From Phoronis australis (taxonomy: Eukaryota > Animalia > Phoronida): DNA of 64,000 bases. The stretch's first letter is position 1. The number at the start of each line of letters is the position of its first letter. The translations under genes were made by a program, and so were the position numbers. This document shows, piece by piece, positions 12,197 to 24,958 of the stretch. The notes under the pieces are model-generated. The model was not told the DNA's origin, ran no database searches, and saw nothing but the letters and a program-made list of their open reading frames with translations. The DNA is taken from the NCBI GenBank assembly GCA_002633005.1, contig NMRA01000704.1, positions 1 through 64,000 on the forward strand, read 5' to 3'.

Positions 12197-12588
12197 ATCT
12201 TGAGCAGTCCGCTGTAAATGTTATATTAGTAGTATTTTTATCAATGTAGTTCGTCGAAACATCAAAAATTAGGAGAAATGATTACTTTTTCCTAAAATTA
12301 TAGTCACAATATACATCTTTTAAGAAAATTGTCAAATTTAATGCAGCAGTTAGTGAATAAAAATAATTAGTGTAGCTACTTGTCTTTTTAGGTAAAAAAA
12401 ATCCATGCTCCCTAATGTAAACGAACCAATTAGAATAAAAGTAAGTCGTTGCCCGTATGATTTGCACTTCCATCGAACAACCATATTGGATCGCCACCAC
12501 ACCCGACTTACAACTTACTGAGGTTTTTCTTCAAACCTAGGGTCGTTTCCAGACCCGATTAATTTATAGTTATTTGTAAAATCTTGTG

Positions 12589-12640
12589 ATGGAGCTCGAA
12601 AACATTGTCGCCAATACCGTGTATATAAAGGCTCGCGAAG
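12589..12640 (+). CDS. GRK5: G protein-coupled receptor kinase (GRK4/5/6 subfamily), coding exon 1
   Basis: ATGGAGCTCGAAAAC...GCTCGCGAAG translates to MELENIVANTVYIKARE(G), the hallmark N-terminus of GRK4/5/6. 52-nt exon followed by donor GTAAGT at 12641 (phase 1). Symbol is approximate: invertebrates usually have a single GRK4/5/6 co-ortholog. Confidence 0.95.
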
Positions 12641-13340
12641 GTAAGTTATTTTACTCCAGCATTTTTATCCAGGGGACTTCAGTAGTCTTCAGCTCAGAGA
12701 TAGACCCCGGTGAAAAAAATAAATAAATAAAATTTAGTTCTACTATGTGACTTGAAAAACATTAGAATATTTGAAGTTTCTTTTGAATTTGATTGATATT
12801 TCATAGTTTCTTTGCGTACAATTTCCGTAAACGATTTTATTGTCGTCAATTCTGTAATGTGTTCCACAGTGACCGATTTGTAACCTGTCTGGGTGACACT
12901 GGTCAAATGTGGCAGTCATTGACTTAAACTATAGGGAGCCAGTTTCATCTATTGAATAAGGAGCCCCTTATTCAGTGATTGCCTGTTTCTCAACTCTGGA
13001 GCCGCTATATTCAACTAGTGCCCCTTTCTGACTTGCTCCAGTTAGGAACTAGAACATCGGACACTGATGTGAAAAGTTCTTAACACAATAGCAATCAGAT
13101 AGCATAAAATCACTGTTGAACTTAAATTTTCTGCCAGGAGAAGTTGGTCAATGCCGTGTGGTTTGACAATAATGAACTGACTTGACTGTTGCTGACTGCA
13201 GGCTGCTGTTGCATCATTTGACTTCTGACGTTGTGGTGCTATAAGTAGTGATAAAGGCTTTGCTAAATTCTTTGTTAATGGGCGCCGACTATTGGTTTGG
13301 AGGCTAGAGTCTGGTACAGTGGGTCCCTGGCTCGCTTCTC

Positions 13341-14124
13341 GGTAATTGTTTACAATATGACGACAATGACTTAGATATATGATTTTGGTATCGTTCAATT
13401 CCTCTTAATGTTATCTTTCCAAATATACACAGAAATTTCTCCTACCCCGTTCCCTTAGTATTTTATCGTGAAATTTCTTCTAGCACTATTTCCTGGTACG
13501 CGGTAGGAATACCGCCATGTTGAATGGAAGGAGTTACCTGGCGGTCAAAAAGTGAACTAATCTACCGACTTGCAGATCGTCGCTTTTCATAAGTTCAAAT
13601 TGACCGAGACCCGTCAATCCCTTGCCCGAGTTATGGAACCAAGGATTTGAATTTGATCCTATGGTGACCCTGATATACGCATCTGCTAGCAGGAATCCGC
13701 CAAAACAGCGGAGGTTGTTTTTGAGGTCCAGTGAATTTGTGAAAAGAGTATCACTTCAGACAATTCCGTGGAAAAATGGCCAAATGGTCACAATTCAAAA
13801 AATGGAAAAGGGAAAATGCTTCTACTTGTTCATCAATATTATGTCCGGAAAACTTTAGCGGGAATCTCGCACAGGCAAACACCATTCATTCAGAATCAAT
13901 GATGACGTTTCATTTATTAACAGTAGGTGTCGCTGTAATCTTGAGTTGAGCTAACATTGCGGTGTCCACCGGGAAATAGTGCCAAATGAAATTTGACGAT
14001 ACAATAGGGAGGAAACGCGGTAGGGAATCAATTCATATATTTTTGGAAAGATGACGGCGCGAGGAATCGAACGATACCAAAATCATATCTCTAAGTCATT
14101 GTCGTCATATTGTAAACAATTACC
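13341..14124. mobile_element. Merlin-like non-autonomous DNA transposon (784 bp)
   Basis: 64-bp TIR with 2 mismatches starting GGTAATTG, decaying similarity to about 180 bp. Perfect 8-bp TSD CGCTTCTC (13333-13340, 14125-14132). GGNRM ends with 8-bp TSD fit Merlin. Confidence 0.85.
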
Positions 14125-15539
14125 CGCTTCTCAGAATCTCAGCTCAACCAAGAATTGTATGTGATTATCACAACAATGGTATCAAGCTAAGGCAAGAGTG
14201 GCCATAAATGCTGAGACATGTGTAAGAGTCTAAGAGGTGGATGGAGAAATGCTGGCTAGTTGGGTGGTGGATCCAGGGCACATGGGCAGCTTCGCTGAGG
14301 GCAAATTCCAGGGCACGACACCGGGACTGGAGTGCTGCCAAGGGTAAATTCCAAGGTGCTGGCAGTGTTGCTGAAATGAGGCAACATGCCTTTTCTACGG
14401 AAGATGATGTAGGGTTGTGTCACGTGACTTCTGGTTGTGTGTAAAGCCTCTCTAAATTGCTTGTCAGTGGGCACGGTAATTTGGGACAGCGAATATTTGT
14501 GAAGTTCACATGAATAGTACAGAGGAAGATTCTTTTATAATCCAGGTATGTTTTGCACATAACAGCTGTAAAGGTAGAGGAATAAAAATTTCTTTAAAAA
14601 CATGTGCGTGACAAAACTGTCAGCATAGCCAGCTCATGATGTGGAATCTGCTGGTCGCAATCTGCTGTTGCTGGTTGAACTGTCATTTGAGTGTTGGCAG
14701 TGATAGCACCAGTGCTGTATATCATGTCATCACACTGTAATAAGTCTTTTCACTTTTGGATTATAGTGGTCCTGCATTTTAAGAACCAATTTATCCTCTG
14801 AACAACAGGCGTCAAAGTAGTTTTGATATGCCAGTTCCCCTGTAAGTGACCCTTGTCTACTTTTGCGCACTAAAATGAAATCTGGTCAAAAGAGTGCCTT
14901 CTCGTCATAGGGATGCATTCGATGGTTGGGTGTCTCAACAGATGTGATAGAAACTGTTTGCAGATGTATAGATCATTTCATGTTGTAGTATCTATGTGGT
15001 TGTGAAGGAGTTATGAAAGTCGGTATTTTACTTGCTCAGTGTGAACTGGTATGATTGGCTTTACTTGCATCAGAATTACTGCGTATTATGAGACCGGGCA
15101 AGAGTCACTTAAATGGTGCATGATCATGCGAACCAGTTTCATTCCTGGTTCGTAAAGTTCTGGCCAGTGAGAATGACTATGGTCATGGATGGTATAAGAT
15201 GCTCAAGATGGTTGATAGCAACAAAACCTTAAATTTATAACTTTCAAAATGTCACCTTGGAATTCATCATGACTCTTTTAAGGGTTTTCATTTCAAGGGG
15301 AAACAATTGAATGTCTGTGTGTAGCTATTTTTGATGCATGTTGGCACACCATGGTACACCATCAACGCAATCTCTACCTTACAGTGTTCCTGTCATCGTG
15401 CTGACCCCAAAGACACTGGTTACATACCTCTTCTGTCGTTTTTCTGCACATTTGTTTGCTGCACATGTTGCCTAACCACTCGAGTACAGGGGTACTTTTG
15501 AAAAAAAGAACTGGGATTGTAGCTAGCAACACAGTGTCT

Positions 15540-15800
15540 TCCACAACAGAAAATTCAAACTCAACTGGAATTACAAATTTTTTATCTGTGTTCAAAAGTC
15601 CATGTCCATACTGTGGGTATTTTGATGTTAAGTTATGAAACAAACGCACTGAACTGGTAAAAAAGTTCAAAATGTCTCCATTTGCTTGAAAAAGGACTAA
15701 TCTCCCAACACTTCAAACTTTTTGCATTGGTTTTCAAACTCACTCCAGCAATTGCAAAATTTAAACTCAAGGCAGTGAGTAGTCAAAACAGGTGGTGTTA
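15540..15800 (+). repeat. Old dispersed repeat; second copy at about 33925-34150
   Basis: Shared collinear blocks AAAGTCCATGTCCAT, CACTGAACTGGT, TAGTCAAA.CAGGT.GTG. Confidence 0.6.
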
Positions 15801-18800
15801 TCTGTGGTGTTGACAGTCCATGGGAGAGTTCTCATAGCTGATTTAAAAGATTTAAGGTCAGCAAAGTATGTATTTTTCAGTGTAAAGCAAGCTAGGCTGT
15901 GTTTGCTAATTACTGATTCTACTAGTCCATAAACTATAGACCCAGTTCCATGTTTGCCAATGTCCAAAAACTCTTTACAACTGTTTCAAATTATACCAGC
16001 TGACCTGGCTAACATTTGACAGCTTTGATTGAATTGAGAGGAGGAAGTATTTATTACATCAAGATTCCACCAGGCAGTGGCAGGTCATTGGTGTCTCTTC
16101 AGAGCTTGTGGCTATATTGCCTGTTGTACATGTGAGCCAACAGTGTACCACTTACGTGAATGGAATGTTACAAGTTAACTTGTCTGAATTATTTATTCTT
16201 GAAGACTCCCAAGTGAGCCACCTTGGGGTGGAGGTTCAAGCTGAATTTCCAAGGGATTCTGAGACAAAAGTCAAAAAACAAAAATGGGTTATTGATGTTA
16301 ATTTGTTCCTGTAGTTTTTAACTGCACCTTTAATTTGTGTCTTTTGATTTAACATATTTCGTGATTTTATTGAAATAGTGAAGCTGACATACAGAGATTG
16401 ACTTCAAAATAGGAGGCACAGAATGTTGGCTAGGCTTACTGCATTCTACCACTTTTGGCGAATACTTACATTTCTGCACAATACTTACAGTTTTGCCATT
16501 GCTTGTGCACAAAGGTACATTTCTCCTTCAAGTACTAGAAATTGCCCTCATTGTTAGGATTTACAGTTTTCTTTATGTCGTAGGTACGGTAAAATCTTGC
16601 TAATTTTGGACAAATGTAATTGCTTAAAATTTGCCCCTTTTCTAACTTCATTCAGGATGTTCACAAATTCTCAAAGCATTGTTAGATGGGAGGTATGTTA
16701 GACAATTTGAACTTGGAAAACCAATACTTTGGTGCTACGTAACGTTCTTGGAAAAATCAAGAAAACAACATTTCTGATGTGTGCATGTTAAATAAATACG
16801 ATCTTCCTCTGAGATGAGTAGATACATGGCTGCTTGATTAGTTGTCATAAGTGAAATTTGAGACGGGCATCATATCCTGTTAGAAACCTGGTGTGATAAT
16901 TGTGTACTGTCACCTCAGTTCTTTATAAACAAAGATTCAAACATGACTGCACTGCGTATAGATGTAACCATAATCTTCCGTTTTGTGAGGGCATTGGATA
17001 AACTGCCAAGGGGGACCCATTTCTTAAAGCGATTTTTAGGAAAAAATGATCGTGCCTTTTCAGAAAGCTGCATTGCAGACTGTAGCGCCCTCTTTGTCAT
17101 GGACTTGAATACTTGCCAGGGGTCACATTAACCATTTTGGCGGGAGTGTAAAGCCTAAACGAGAAGCCTGACCACATCTTTTATTAGTCATCAAGCAGAA
17201 ATAAAAATTTATAACATATCCAAATTTCCATATCTGTGTCCATGCTAGGCATGCAAAACGATTCCAAAAGAGCTCACAGGGAGGCTTTTTAACCTATCAG
17301 GAAAGAGCACCCTCTCCCTCGAGAAAAATGTGTATGAGTGCACATGAAATTTTGATTCAAGAATCTGTTCTGGAGACTGTTTCTTCTTTGGTTCCTGTTA
17401 AAATGTTTAAGATTCTACGGTTTGGACAAGTGAAAAATTTTGCTTAAGGTGAAACAGTTTACCGAATTTTAGAAATAATTAATATTGGATGTCCCAAATT
17501 AGAGAATCATGAAAAGGACAAATTTTGTATCGACAACCATTTTCAATGATTTTATCTTAAACTTTGTTGGTACAAAATGCATTTTCCAATATTGGAGACA
17601 GTCACCAGGTGGTGAGACCATCTCATCCACGAGTTGGCTCGCCTTGAACTGCTTCGCATCATGTGAAAATGAATGACGTTTTGAGTCCACTCATAAATAG
17701 TTCGGCCAATGGGCAATTTACGAGAAAGGGAGGCAGGAGAATTTATCAAAATCAGAAATGTCGCTTGGCATTTCTTTTGTTACCTGACATTACAAGATGT
17801 CTCGCTTCTTTGTCTAAATATACCACGTCTGGTTACCTTGTGGAGATAGTGGGACCAGATCTAAGTTAGAAAATGTTCTAGTGTTGGCTATCCGAATGAA
17901 TGATATTTGAGAAATAAGATGAGCACCAAAATTATACTTGTCCGCAGAATCAAGAAATTCAACTTTGGCTTGATTTTCAGTGTTGCAAATTTTAAAGTCT
18001 GTCCCAAACTGGGGAAATTTTCCTCTTGAATTTTGTCTTAGTGGGCTTTTCATATTAGCGCTCTTCGGAGTATTGAGAGCACAAAAATGACTTCTGATTG
18101 ATTGCGACTCAGATTTGGTGGACAGAAATTCAATTGCTACGCAGTGCTTCATAAATATAAAAGTAGAGGACTAAATCCCACTGTCAGCCCTTCCCATTGC
18201 GTGATTGAAGTTTAATAATTTACGTTGGCTTCTTGACACTAGCTGGAATCAAAATTCTCCCACTTTATCAGCAGCAGCCACTGCCTTTGTTGCGAATACA
18301 TCTTCGCAGTGGGAAATGTATGCAGCAGGACGTCCTTGCTTATCAATTGATATTTCAATAGGTTTGCCTTTTTCGGAAGGCGTTGGTAAATCCCACCGCA
18401 CAGCAGTGGAAATGTGCCAGCATTATAATAGCTGGAAAGGTGTTTAAACACTGTTTACACCAGTTGGTTAAAAACTCCCGTCCTCATTACACAGGATCTG
18501 TAGGTGGTGCTGAATGCATGTCCACTAAAGACCGGATCGCTGTCAGGCAGGTTAGTGAATTTCAATATGACATGGCTATTTCGAAAGTAGGCTGTTGAGT
18601 AAAACCTAATAGATGTTGGAGACAGTTGTTAGGTCCTCAGTATAGATTGCACCAACAGTGTTTCATTGGGAGGTGACAGTGCTGCATTCTGAGGCAACAC
18701 ACTGAGGCCTATTTTTGGCCAAAGTTTTTTGTTTCCACTTGTCATCATCCCCATTCGTCAAGATTTTAAGACTGTCTCTAGTGCATGAGTTTAGTGTGAC

Positions 18801-18862
18801 AGTGCCCTTACCATAAGGATGTTCATATTTGACATGTCTAGGTTCAACCTGCATAACACCTG

Positions 18863-19378
18863 AAACGTGTTCAACAGAGTGAGCGCCCGCTAGCGTGTAC
18901 TCGCGAACACAAGAAACAGCTCCTGAACAGCTGTGAGTGCTCACTGTGCGATCCAGTATGGTGACTCTGAAGCAGATTGTGTTGAACGTCTTAGCCTATG
19001 AGCTTAACACTAACAGTCCTTCCTATGGTGTACTGAGCGATAAATATGATTAATCTTTGCCAATAATTATTAATATTGGCAGCCCAAGACAAGAATCGAA
19101 AATTACGTCGAGGAAACTGTTCCTCGCTACAGCGACCCTCAATTTAAGTCGCAGTTTCGAATGAGTCGGTCAAGTTTTGAGGTTAGTTTTCGTGTTGCAG
19201 AACCATAATGGGTTCATGTTTTGCAGACGTGAAGCCTTCGCAGGACGCCATCTTGGAAATCTAAGCGAACATGCTCTCGAGGTTGTACGCGAGCGCTCGC
19301 GAGCGCTGACGTGAACACAGCTGTTCAGGACGAGGGCGCTCAAATCGCTCGCGGGCGCTCACTCTATTGAACACGCTT
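18863..19378 (+). mobile_element. PIF/Harbinger-like non-autonomous element, copy 1 (516 bp)
   Basis: About 33-bp TIR AA(A/G)CGTGTTCAA(C/T)AGAGTGAGCGCCCGC; 3-bp TSD CTG. Internal remnant NYVEETVPRYSDPQFKSQFRMSRSSFE resembles the Harbinger transposase N-terminal FRMxxxxF motif. Confidence 0.85.
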
Positions 19379-20252
19379 CTGGTGGTGTTAACAATTTTGT
19401 GAACCCCTGACAATCCACAACTATCGTGAGACGTGAAATGGCATAGAAGGGCTGTTGTGACTGCAATGAATCCACCTCAAGTTTCCTGTCACGTTTTGTC
19501 ATTTTTTAACCTTCTTCTTATCGCTGGGTATCCCTGTGTTGGGGTCTAACATGATATCACTTGTCACTAAGCTCAACTGTTGGCAGACAGGAGATAGCCC
19601 AGTTGTAATTTATTCCTGTAAGATTACTTTTGCAATACTAATTGGGTTTGACATGGTCAAGGATGTATTGCATGACTTCACTGGGGAGCCTTGTGAGTGT
19701 ATCACAATATCGGTTAAGAGTCCAAAAAGCTTCGGCATATATTGAGGAATGCTGTGTTGGGAATTTCAGGTCAGAAACAAGTATGTATAATGTGTACATG
19801 TGATGTATGTTTGCTGGTGTTGGTGGCATTCAGATATCATGTTAGATTTGTATGAGAAAATCCCATGCTAGGTGAAAATTTGCGTATTTAAGCTTATGTG
19901 CCTATGTCTAAATGCATTTTTCAAAGAAAATTGTTTACTCAAGTGTTCACGTATACGGGCGCACGTAGGCACTTGGTCGCAAGTTTCCCTTTTTGGAGTG
20001 TATGCATACACTGTTGGACATTAGTCACTTAAAGTTGCCCTGGATTTTGAAAACCTGTTTTATGCCATTGTTTCAGCAGAGAAAACTGGTTATCAAAATG
20101 TGGCACTCCTGGAAATACTATTACTTTTTGATGATAGAGGCACATGCTATTACCTCCAGTAAAGTGCATAATCTTGCTGTGCGAAACACATTTGTCATTT
20201 GTGCAGCTGTGTCTGTGTTTCCGTGGATTATGACTCTGATGTTTTCACGTTC

Positions 20253-20404
20253 CAGGCTTGTTCATGCGGCTTTTTGTGGAAATTTTGCGCAATATTTTCC
20301 GGAATCGGGGATGCGAAAAAAATTATCGCAGGCTTGTTCATGCGACTTTTTGCGGAAATTTTGCGCAATATTTTCCGGAATCGGGGTTGCGAAAAAAATT
20401 AACG
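20253..20404 (+). repeat. 76-bp tandem duplication, probably the left end of a hAT-like element
   Basis: CAGGCTTGTTCATGCG...GCGAAAAAAATT starts at 20253 and 20329; matching right end not found. Confidence 0.8.
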
Positions 20405-20929
20405 CGGGAACGCAAAAATACCACAATCCAATTTCACCAAATTTTGCGAATTTATTGCCAAACTCGCTCCAGAGGCTGTGACAGTTGTTTACACAAGCTT
20501 GATGATTAATTACTCGCTGCATACTACACACAAACCCGGAAGATTGACGACTCGATTGTCGCACTGCGCATGATACAGGAATGCCCGCTTTACTTCCAAA
20601 AAGTCTCGAAATCTCAGTTGTCTCGCTATAAAAATTTGGTTTATGTAAAAATGTGGTTTGGTGCAGAGACTGAGTTACTCATTGGCTTGTAGCAGGAAGC
20701 TGTAGTGGATGGCCATTGGCCAGCTGTCTGGGACAAAGAAGGCCATGGATTAGCTTTCGATAAAATCAGGAACGAACTAGAGGTAACTACGCAAAATTCA
20801 GTTCTATTCATTCAGTTGATGAGTCACTGAGACCTTGTAAATAACTGCATTCTTGTCAGCGATGTATTCTTTTCCTTCCGTTGGTATTTTCAGTTGCTAG
20901 GGTAAGGTAGGAATTGCAGAATTGACAAG

Positions 20930-22085
20930 TCTCATGAACGCTCGCTGATTGCAGAAATTTTGCTATGTCCGTATACACTTCAAACTTATGCCACGATTCA
21001 AAAAAGAATGCAAAAGTTTTGCTGCTCTTGCAAGGGATGTGCTCCACTACGCGGGTCTGGACTTGAAAACAGACGCAGCGTACTTGTCAGCGGGATTGCA
21101 TTGTTTCTTTTCGGTACAGATCTTCTCCGGCCTCAACAGGAATCCAAACTTCTTTGTACACATGAAAACCGTGAATTGAAGACTAACAAAAAAACTCGAC
21201 CAGTGTTAGCACGCTGCCAAGAAGCGCGCTGCATAATGTACAGGCTGTTATCGAAGACATTTAGTCGGGAACTATCTATTCATGAAACGGGTAACATAGC
21301 ATCGGCAAGAAATAAATATTGGCACTAATTTCCGAAAGTTACTAATACTGTAAAAACTTTTGCATTATTTTTAAGAGAAATAATTTAACTAATCATAATT
21401 GGTGTTTTTAAAGTCAAAATGACCCACTGATAGTGAACATATTCGTACCTTTACACCCCAAATCTTCCGGAAAATAGCTGTTACACTACGGTCACGCATC
21501 CACTCACCCGGGGACTCAATGAGTGACATATCGGTCTTACCGAAACAATTCTTGAACATTTTTAGCAGATGAGGCCAGCGTGTTTAAGCTAAGTATTAAA
21601 ACACGCTCTGCTTGACTGCTTGAGTTAATTTCTTTGGATACAATGCACACCTAGATCATTACATCGCATTTACTCTGGCAAATGAACTCTGATGACAAGC
21701 ACATGCACGTTTACTCTCACACGCATACAAACTTCAAAACAAGTGTCACGTGACAACAACATGTGTGTTCCTCCAGAGATTGTTCTCGTGTTGCGGGCTA
21801 CAATCTAGCGCAGATTTGGACTTAATCTGCAGTTAATCCAGACTCCACAAGAACTTAAAAATCTTAGACACGCTATTTGGAAAACTTGAGGATTTCAGGT
21901 AATTTGTTGAGTGAGTCTAAGCTGTATTCTTATTTAAGAATTCAAGCCCCATCGACGATTGCGAGACCGGCAGCTACGCATTTGTCGGCGAGATTTTGCC
22001 CTGGGATTTCAGCACAATTTTCTGAAAAAATGATCGTCATTTGACAACGAATTTTGATAGCAATGCACCGCAATTTTGTAGAAAG
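20930..22085 (-). mobile_element. Internal fragment of the CCGTA-terminated Tc1/mariner-pogo-like family
   Basis: Reverse-complement similarity to 25130-27330 and 41730-42780 (e.g. CCCTGGGATTT, GATAGCAATGCACC, CATGAAACGGGTAACATAGCATCG). Confidence 0.8.
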
Positions 22086-22229
22086 TAAATAATAATATCT
22101 TAGCGCGTAAATGCATATGTGCGTACGTTAAGTGAGTCGACCCAGACTGACAGGTGATTGTGCAGAGGCCGTGATTATTCTCAAAATTGCTTGTGTTGGC
22201 TTGATTCTGGTCAAGCGAAAACAAGTTTT

Positions 22230-22571
22230 TTTTTCACTACCAACCGCCGTGGAGTATTTGTTACTGTTTCTTTCAAGGGAAATATTGTTGGGCAGTTTCC
22301 AAGATACATTTTCTTGCCGCCCTCAAAATGAGTGCTGCATACTTAATACTGCGAAGTCGTAAAGAATTCACTAAGTCGGCCTTTGCCACAAGCTCCACTG
22401 ATGTGTCTGACCCATGTTTAACGCAGTTCTTGATCCTGGGGAAACAGGTAGTAACTAAATTCTTTATCTCGCTAACTGGTATTATAGCAGCAAGGCACAC
22501 AACACGTATAACCTCCCTGTGGCCGGTTCGCCCCCACGCTTGCTGACGTACTTGTTTACTGGCTTAACCAC
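22230..22571 (-). pseudogene. THAP zinc-finger domain pseudogene (transposon-derived)
   Basis: Single frame: VVKPVNKYVSKRGANRPQGGYTCCVPCCYNTS*RDKEFSYYLFPQDQELR*TWVRHISGACGKGRLSEFFTTSQY*VCSTHFEGGKKMYLGNCPTIFP. Has the C2CH ligands, conserved P, W, F and PTIF box; three stops. Confidence 0.88.
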
Positions 22572-22783
22572 AATGCAACATTCTGACCCATTTCCAATAT
22601 GGCGGCGTTGCAACTCCGCTAGTGACTGCCATATGAGCACATGCTCATTCTGTGTTTGTTGACAGAAAGCTATTTTGAAACAAACTTCATTTTATATGCT
22701 ATGGTCAGATGTTAGAGGAATCTTTATTGAGACATGCATACATTATTCAAATCATTTACACCTATTCCCTGTACGGTCCCCCC

Positions 22784-23673
22784 NNNNNNNNNNNNNNNNN
22801 NNNNNNNNNNNNNNNNNNNNNNNNNNNNNNNNNNNNNNNNNNNNNNNNNNNNNNNNNNNNNNNNNNNNNNNNNNNNNNNNNNNNNNNNNNNNNNNNNNNN
22901 NNNNNNNNNNNNNNNNNNNNNNNNNNNNNNNNNNNNNNNNNNNNNNNNNNNNNNNNNNNNNNNNNNNNNNNNNNNNNNNNNNNNNNNNNNNNNNNNNNNN
23001 NNNNNNNNNNNNNNNNNNNNNNNNNNNNNNNNNNNNNNNNNNNNNNNNNNNNNNNNNNNNNNNNNNNNNNNNNNNNNNNNNNNNNNNNNNNNNNNNNNNN
23101 NNNNNNNNNNNNNNNNNNNNNNNNNNNNNNNNNNNNNNNNNNNNNNNNNNNNNNNNNNNNNNNNNNNNNNNNNNNNNNNNNNNNNNNNNNNNNNNNNNNN
23201 NNNNNNNNNNNNNNNNNNNNNNNNNNNNNNNNNNNNNNNNNNNNNNNNNNNNNNNNNNNNNNNNNNNNNNNNNNNNNNNNNNNNNNNNNNNNNNNNNNNN
23301 NNNNNNNNNNNNNNNNNNNNNNNNNNNNNNNNNNNNNNNNNNNNNNNNNNNNNNNNNNNNNNNNNNNNNNNNNNNNNNNNNNNNNNNNNNNNNNNNNNNN
23401 NNNNNNNNNNNNNNNNNNNNNNNNNNNNNNNNNNNNNNNNNNNNNNNNNNNNNNNNNNNNNNNNNNNNNNNNNNNNNNNNNNNNNNNNNNNNNNNNNNNN
23501 NNNNNNNNNNNNNNNNNNNNNNNNNNNNNNNNNNNNNNNNNNNNNNNNNNNNNNNNNNNNNNNNNNNNNNNNNNNNNNNNNNNNNNNNNNNNNNNNNNNN
23601 NNNNNNNNNNNNNNNNNNNNNNNNNNNNNNNNNNNNNNNNNNNNNNNNNNNNNNNNNNNNNNNNNNNNNNNNN
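22784..23673. other. Assembly gap
   Basis: Run of n. Confidence 0.99.
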
Positions 23674-23823
23674 CATATCCCATGTTCACGCGACTTGCTT
23701 ACAAGTCATCGGGAGGCCTGTTCTCGGTTAGTGTTCTTTTGAACTTGTATTTGGCAACAACCAAATAACGGTCGGATTAACAAGAGCTGCTTTGTATTTG
23801 CCAGGTATCTGTTGAGAAGTGTA

Positions 23824-23955
23824 AAAACTCAGCTCGCATTCGTTGGAAATTCCAGGTCGCATTTTGCGACTTTATACGAGCTGACAAAAATCTCAGCTCG
23901 CATTTCCAAATTTCAGGTCGCAAATGCGACCTGCAGCTCGTTATGTCGAGCCCTG
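23824..23955. mobile_element. Right end of a hAT-like element with duplicated subterminal hairpin
   Basis: Two copies of CTCAGCTCGCATT...CAGGTCGCA..TGCGAC; ends GTCGAGCCCTG. Left end probably in the gap. Confidence 0.5.
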
Positions 23956-24029
23956 ACACTGTGTGGGATAGAATCCTTGGTTTTCCTTGCATTAATCAAT
24001 GTATTGGGATGAGTAGACTTATTGGACCT

Positions 24030-24790
24030 ATTTACAAACATATCACATATACCATTCGTTTATTCAATGACTTTAAAATGGAAGTCCATGACTCTATACG
24101 GACCTGTTTGAAACATGAGGAAACATTTCACTCAGTACTATTGATGTCAACATGGGTTAAGTCCAAAAAGTCTAACATAGAGGTAAACTTTTCAGGAGTA
24201 ATATCCTGTTTTCCCACAAAATAGACAGTCTGGTCGGGTCGGTCCGAGTGAAGTGTCAAGTGGTAAAGCCAGTCGGCATTTTTATCATATGTCTTGATAG
24301 TTGAGCCTACGTTTTCTCTCAGTTTAATATCTTGCACTGCATTCTTATAGTCAATACCCTCGCAAGTTAGTACAACAGTAAAACTCTACGTGAACAGAAT
24401 TCTTGTAAAAACTGCACAACATGCGAATCCACCATCATCAATGCAAATTAGGTAGAGTAAACAAATCGCTTCGTGTGAGTTTTTCAATTACTGTGACGGG
24501 ACTGTCAGGCCTGTTGATGAAAACCAATAATTCTAGAAATATGTCGACTGGATTGTCAAACGTTTGCAACAATGGCATTCCCATAATTTTCAAGATTGTC
24601 ACAAACTCATTCTTCTAGTTGAGAACCATCTATTCTCATGTTGGAGCGAATTGTAAGAATGTCGATGTCGGATGTTGTCGTCAAAAATTCGGTAATCTGA
24701 AAGGTGTATTTGAGTTTCGTTGACTGAGGTCAATATTATCACCTCAATCCAGATCTGGATTATTTGTCATATCTGCTACTCAGTCAGTGT
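24030..24790. repeat. Old dispersed repeat; inverted homolog at about 35590-36330
   Basis: ATAGTCAATACCCTCG (about 24347) vs CGAGGGTATTGACTAT (about 36032); CAAAAATTCGGTA vs TACCGAATTTTTG; collinear in opposite orientation. Confidence 0.7.
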
Positions 24791-24958
24791 GCGTATCTGG
24801 AACATCCCTCGGTTTGTAAAATAATCCTTAGTAGTCTGTGCCTTTCCGCGGCAGACGACATTACTTAGTATGTAGAATGCGCATGTCAGTCGGTAACAAG
24901 AGTCAGGGTAGAGTTCAGTAACGTAAGGATAACACTAGGAAACAAGACTGTGAGACTA

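Noticed and set aside
22675-23768. Long ORFs of 300-355 aa (and similar ones at 35120-35518, 36890-37412)
   Set aside because: They consist of X residues from assembly gaps.
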